Shown: positions 62,553 to 64,000 of the stretch, one piece after another | Layout of the letters: each line of letters starts with the position of its first letter | Position numbering within the stretch: position 1 is the first letter of the stretch | Notes under the pieces: generated by a model | Database searches by the model: none | Seen by the model: the letters and a program-made list of their open reading frames with translations, nothing else | Told to the model about the DNA's origin: nothing | Translations under genes and position numbers: made by a program | DNA from: an uncultured Acidobacteriota bacterium | GTDB taxonomy: Bacteria > Acidobacteriota > Thermoanaerobaculia > UBA5066 > Gp7-AA6 | Direction of reading: 5' to 3' | Length of the DNA: 64,000 nucleotides | Assembly: GCA_963764715.1 (NCBI GenBank) | Contig: CAVXTP010000015.1 | Location: 128,001 to 192,000, forward strand

Positions 62553-62594
62553 CTTACTGCTTACCGCTTACTGCTTACTGCTTACTGCTCACGA
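62553..62594. repeat. Heptamer tandem repeat (CTTACTG)n, about 6 units
   Basis: Same unit as 26472-26535; the last unit contains the stop of the 62589 gene. Confidence 0.9.
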
Positions 62595-63176
62595 GGAGCA
62601 GTCCGTCTTCAGCACCACGACACCTGGCTCGGCGGAGACGGCCGCCACCTTCCAGTGCCCGCCGTCCAGGCGGAGGGTGACGTGCTCGGCTTTCCCGCGC
62701 AGCTCGCAGTTCCAGGCCAGCCCGTCCCAGCGCCATGCCGTCAGGGTCGCCGACGCGCCGCGGATCCGCGGCACGGAGACTTCGAGGATCGTCGTCCTGC
62801 CCGGGAAGTCGGCCTCGAAGACCCGGGCGCGATACTTCGGCTTCCCTCGATCGATCGGCCCGAGCTTGCCGTCGACGTCCATGGCGACGCGAAGCTCCGT
62901 CCTGAGCGGATTCAGGTCGAGCCGCTGATAGACGTCGCCGGCGTACCGCGCGACGACGACCGAGCGAGGGCTCTCCGCCGTCAGGGCGCCGATCGCGGCC
63001 GCGAGCACGGACATTTCCGGCTCCTTCACGGGGGCGATCGGCCCCCACGGCCCGAAGTGAGTCGGCGGCTCCTGCGTGGACGCGCAGGCTCCGGCGAGCA
63101 GCGCGAGAGCGAGTCCCGGGCCCGCGAGCCAGAGGCGCCGACGCCGGCGATGAGGTCTTTCCCTCGCCGCGATCAC
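62589..63176 (-). CDS. Hypothetical lipoprotein
   Basis: Basic N-region plus LLAGAC lipobox; GTG overlaps the upstream TGA. Confidence 0.7.
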   Translation of the reverse strand: MIAARERPHRRRRRLWLAGPGLALALLAGACASTQEPPTHFGPWGPIAPVKEPEMSVLAAAIGALTAESPRSVVVARYAGDVYQRLDLNPLRTELRVAMDVDGKLGPIDRGKPKYRARVFEADFPGRTTILEVSVPRIRGASATLTAWRWDGLAWNCELRGKAEHVTLRLDGGHWKVAAVSAEPGVVVLKTDCSS

Positions 63177-63619
63177 GCCGTTTCTCTGAGGCGCTCGTAG
63201 AGCCTCGACACCGCGGCGTCGATCGCCCGGGCGCACGCCGGATATCCCGACGGCTCGTCCCAGGGATCGTCGATGTCCCACACGATCAGCTTGCCATCTC
63301 CCATGACCGGGAGGGAACCGGCGACGTCGCGATCCATCGCCACGACGAGGTCGAACGCGTCGAGGTCGACCGACGCGACCGACCGGGGGACGTGCCCGGA
63401 GGCGTCGAGGCCAAAGAGACTGCGCAGGGTGTCGATCGCGGCGCGAGCGTCCTCGGCCGGCTGAGGCCGGAGGCCCGCCGACTCGGCTCGGGCCGAACCG
63501 CCGAACCGCCGCCGGGCGAGGGCCTCGGCCATCGCGCTACGGCAGGTGTTGCCGGCGCAGACGAAGAGGATCGAGACCCCGGCACCCGCCGGGTTGGTCA
63601 CGCTCGGGGGCTCCTCCAT
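63173..63619 (-). CDS. Low-molecular-weight phosphatase / arsenate reductase family
   Basis: ILFVCAGNTCRSAMAE, SAG, DLVVAMD, IDDP. Confidence 0.92.
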   Translation of the reverse strand: MEEPPSVTNPAGAGVSILFVCAGNTCRSAMAEALARRRFGGSARAESAGLRPQPAEDARAAIDTLRSLFGLDASGHVPRSVASVDLDAFDLVVAMDRDVAGSLPVMGDGKLIVWDIDDPWDEPSGYPACARAIDAAVSRLYERLRETA

Positions 63620-63630
63620 GACGCGCGCCC

Positions 63631-64000
63631 TCACCTCGTCAGCAGCTCCGCGAACGCTCGCCACGCGCCGGTCTTCGAAATGGCCAGGCGGATCGGCACG
63701 GAGACCAGGATGAGCGTCCCGCCCCACCGATAGACCCAGTGGACCCGGCGCCTCGAGACGAAGTCGTAGATCACGGCCGCGACGACGAAGAGGAACGCCA
63801 GGCCGAAGAACGCCGGGGGCCCTTTGCGCAGCATTCCGGGGAGGCGTGCGACGGCGGCCACGATGATGCTGATGTACGCGAGCAGCATGAGCCGCTTGTG
63901 CGCCTCCTTGTCGCGTCGCAGCGCCAGGGCCGCCGTGACGAAGGTCGCGAACAGGGCCATGTCGAAGAGCGGAATGGCCAGGAAGGCCAGCGGATCGACG
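63631..64000 (-). CDS. Membrane protein, 5' end outside the window
   Basis: Frame is open to the window edge; AHKRLMLLA and RRRVH.VY.WG. Confidence 0.8.
   Translation of the reverse strand, partial: VDPLAFLAIPLFDMALFATFVTAALALRRDKEAHKRLMLLAYISIIVAAVARLPGMLRKGPPAFFGLAFLFVVAAVIYDFVSRRRVHWVYRWGGTLILVSVPIRLAISKTGAWRAFAELLTR

Noticed and set aside
1-64000. tRNA, rRNA, riboswitch, integrase, transposase, prophage or defence-system genes
   Set aside because: None was recognisable; intergenic gaps are short and mostly accounted for, though small RNAs cannot be excluded without covariance searches.

Overview
Very GC-rich (roughly 70% by eye) bacterial DNA, densely coding, with about 83 genes of which only 8 are on the + strand. 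I found no rRNA, tRNA, CRISPR array, integrase or transposase. There are two parts. (1) A translationally coupled sugar locus at 6254-17849: GH172/DUF2961-HEAT, DoxX, Tat-exported GH127, FucI-family isomerase, ribulokinase, a fused ABC ATPase-permease and a binding lipoprotein. It lacks araA and araD and best fits D-arabinofuranoside/D-arabinose use; a second GH172 lies at 30152. (2) A long co-oriented run of short, unrelated accessory genes (DinB x6, GNAT, VOC, NTF2/SnoaL, DHFR-like, cupin, OsmC, TfoX, hydrolases) that resembles an integron cassette array without intact attC sites. It carries signs of turnover: truncated gene remnants, mini-ORFs and neighbour-like fusions. Three small repeat families sit at gene ends: a GGGGTCAGGTCTTCATTTTTC hairpin element (next to TAG stops, once with a 29-bp duplication of the target gene end, once as an inverted pair around a single gene), a GTAG-type REP and a CTTACTG heptamer repeat. 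Three genes have +1 frameshifts that may be sequencing errors. Family calls come from motif recognition only; no database search was run.
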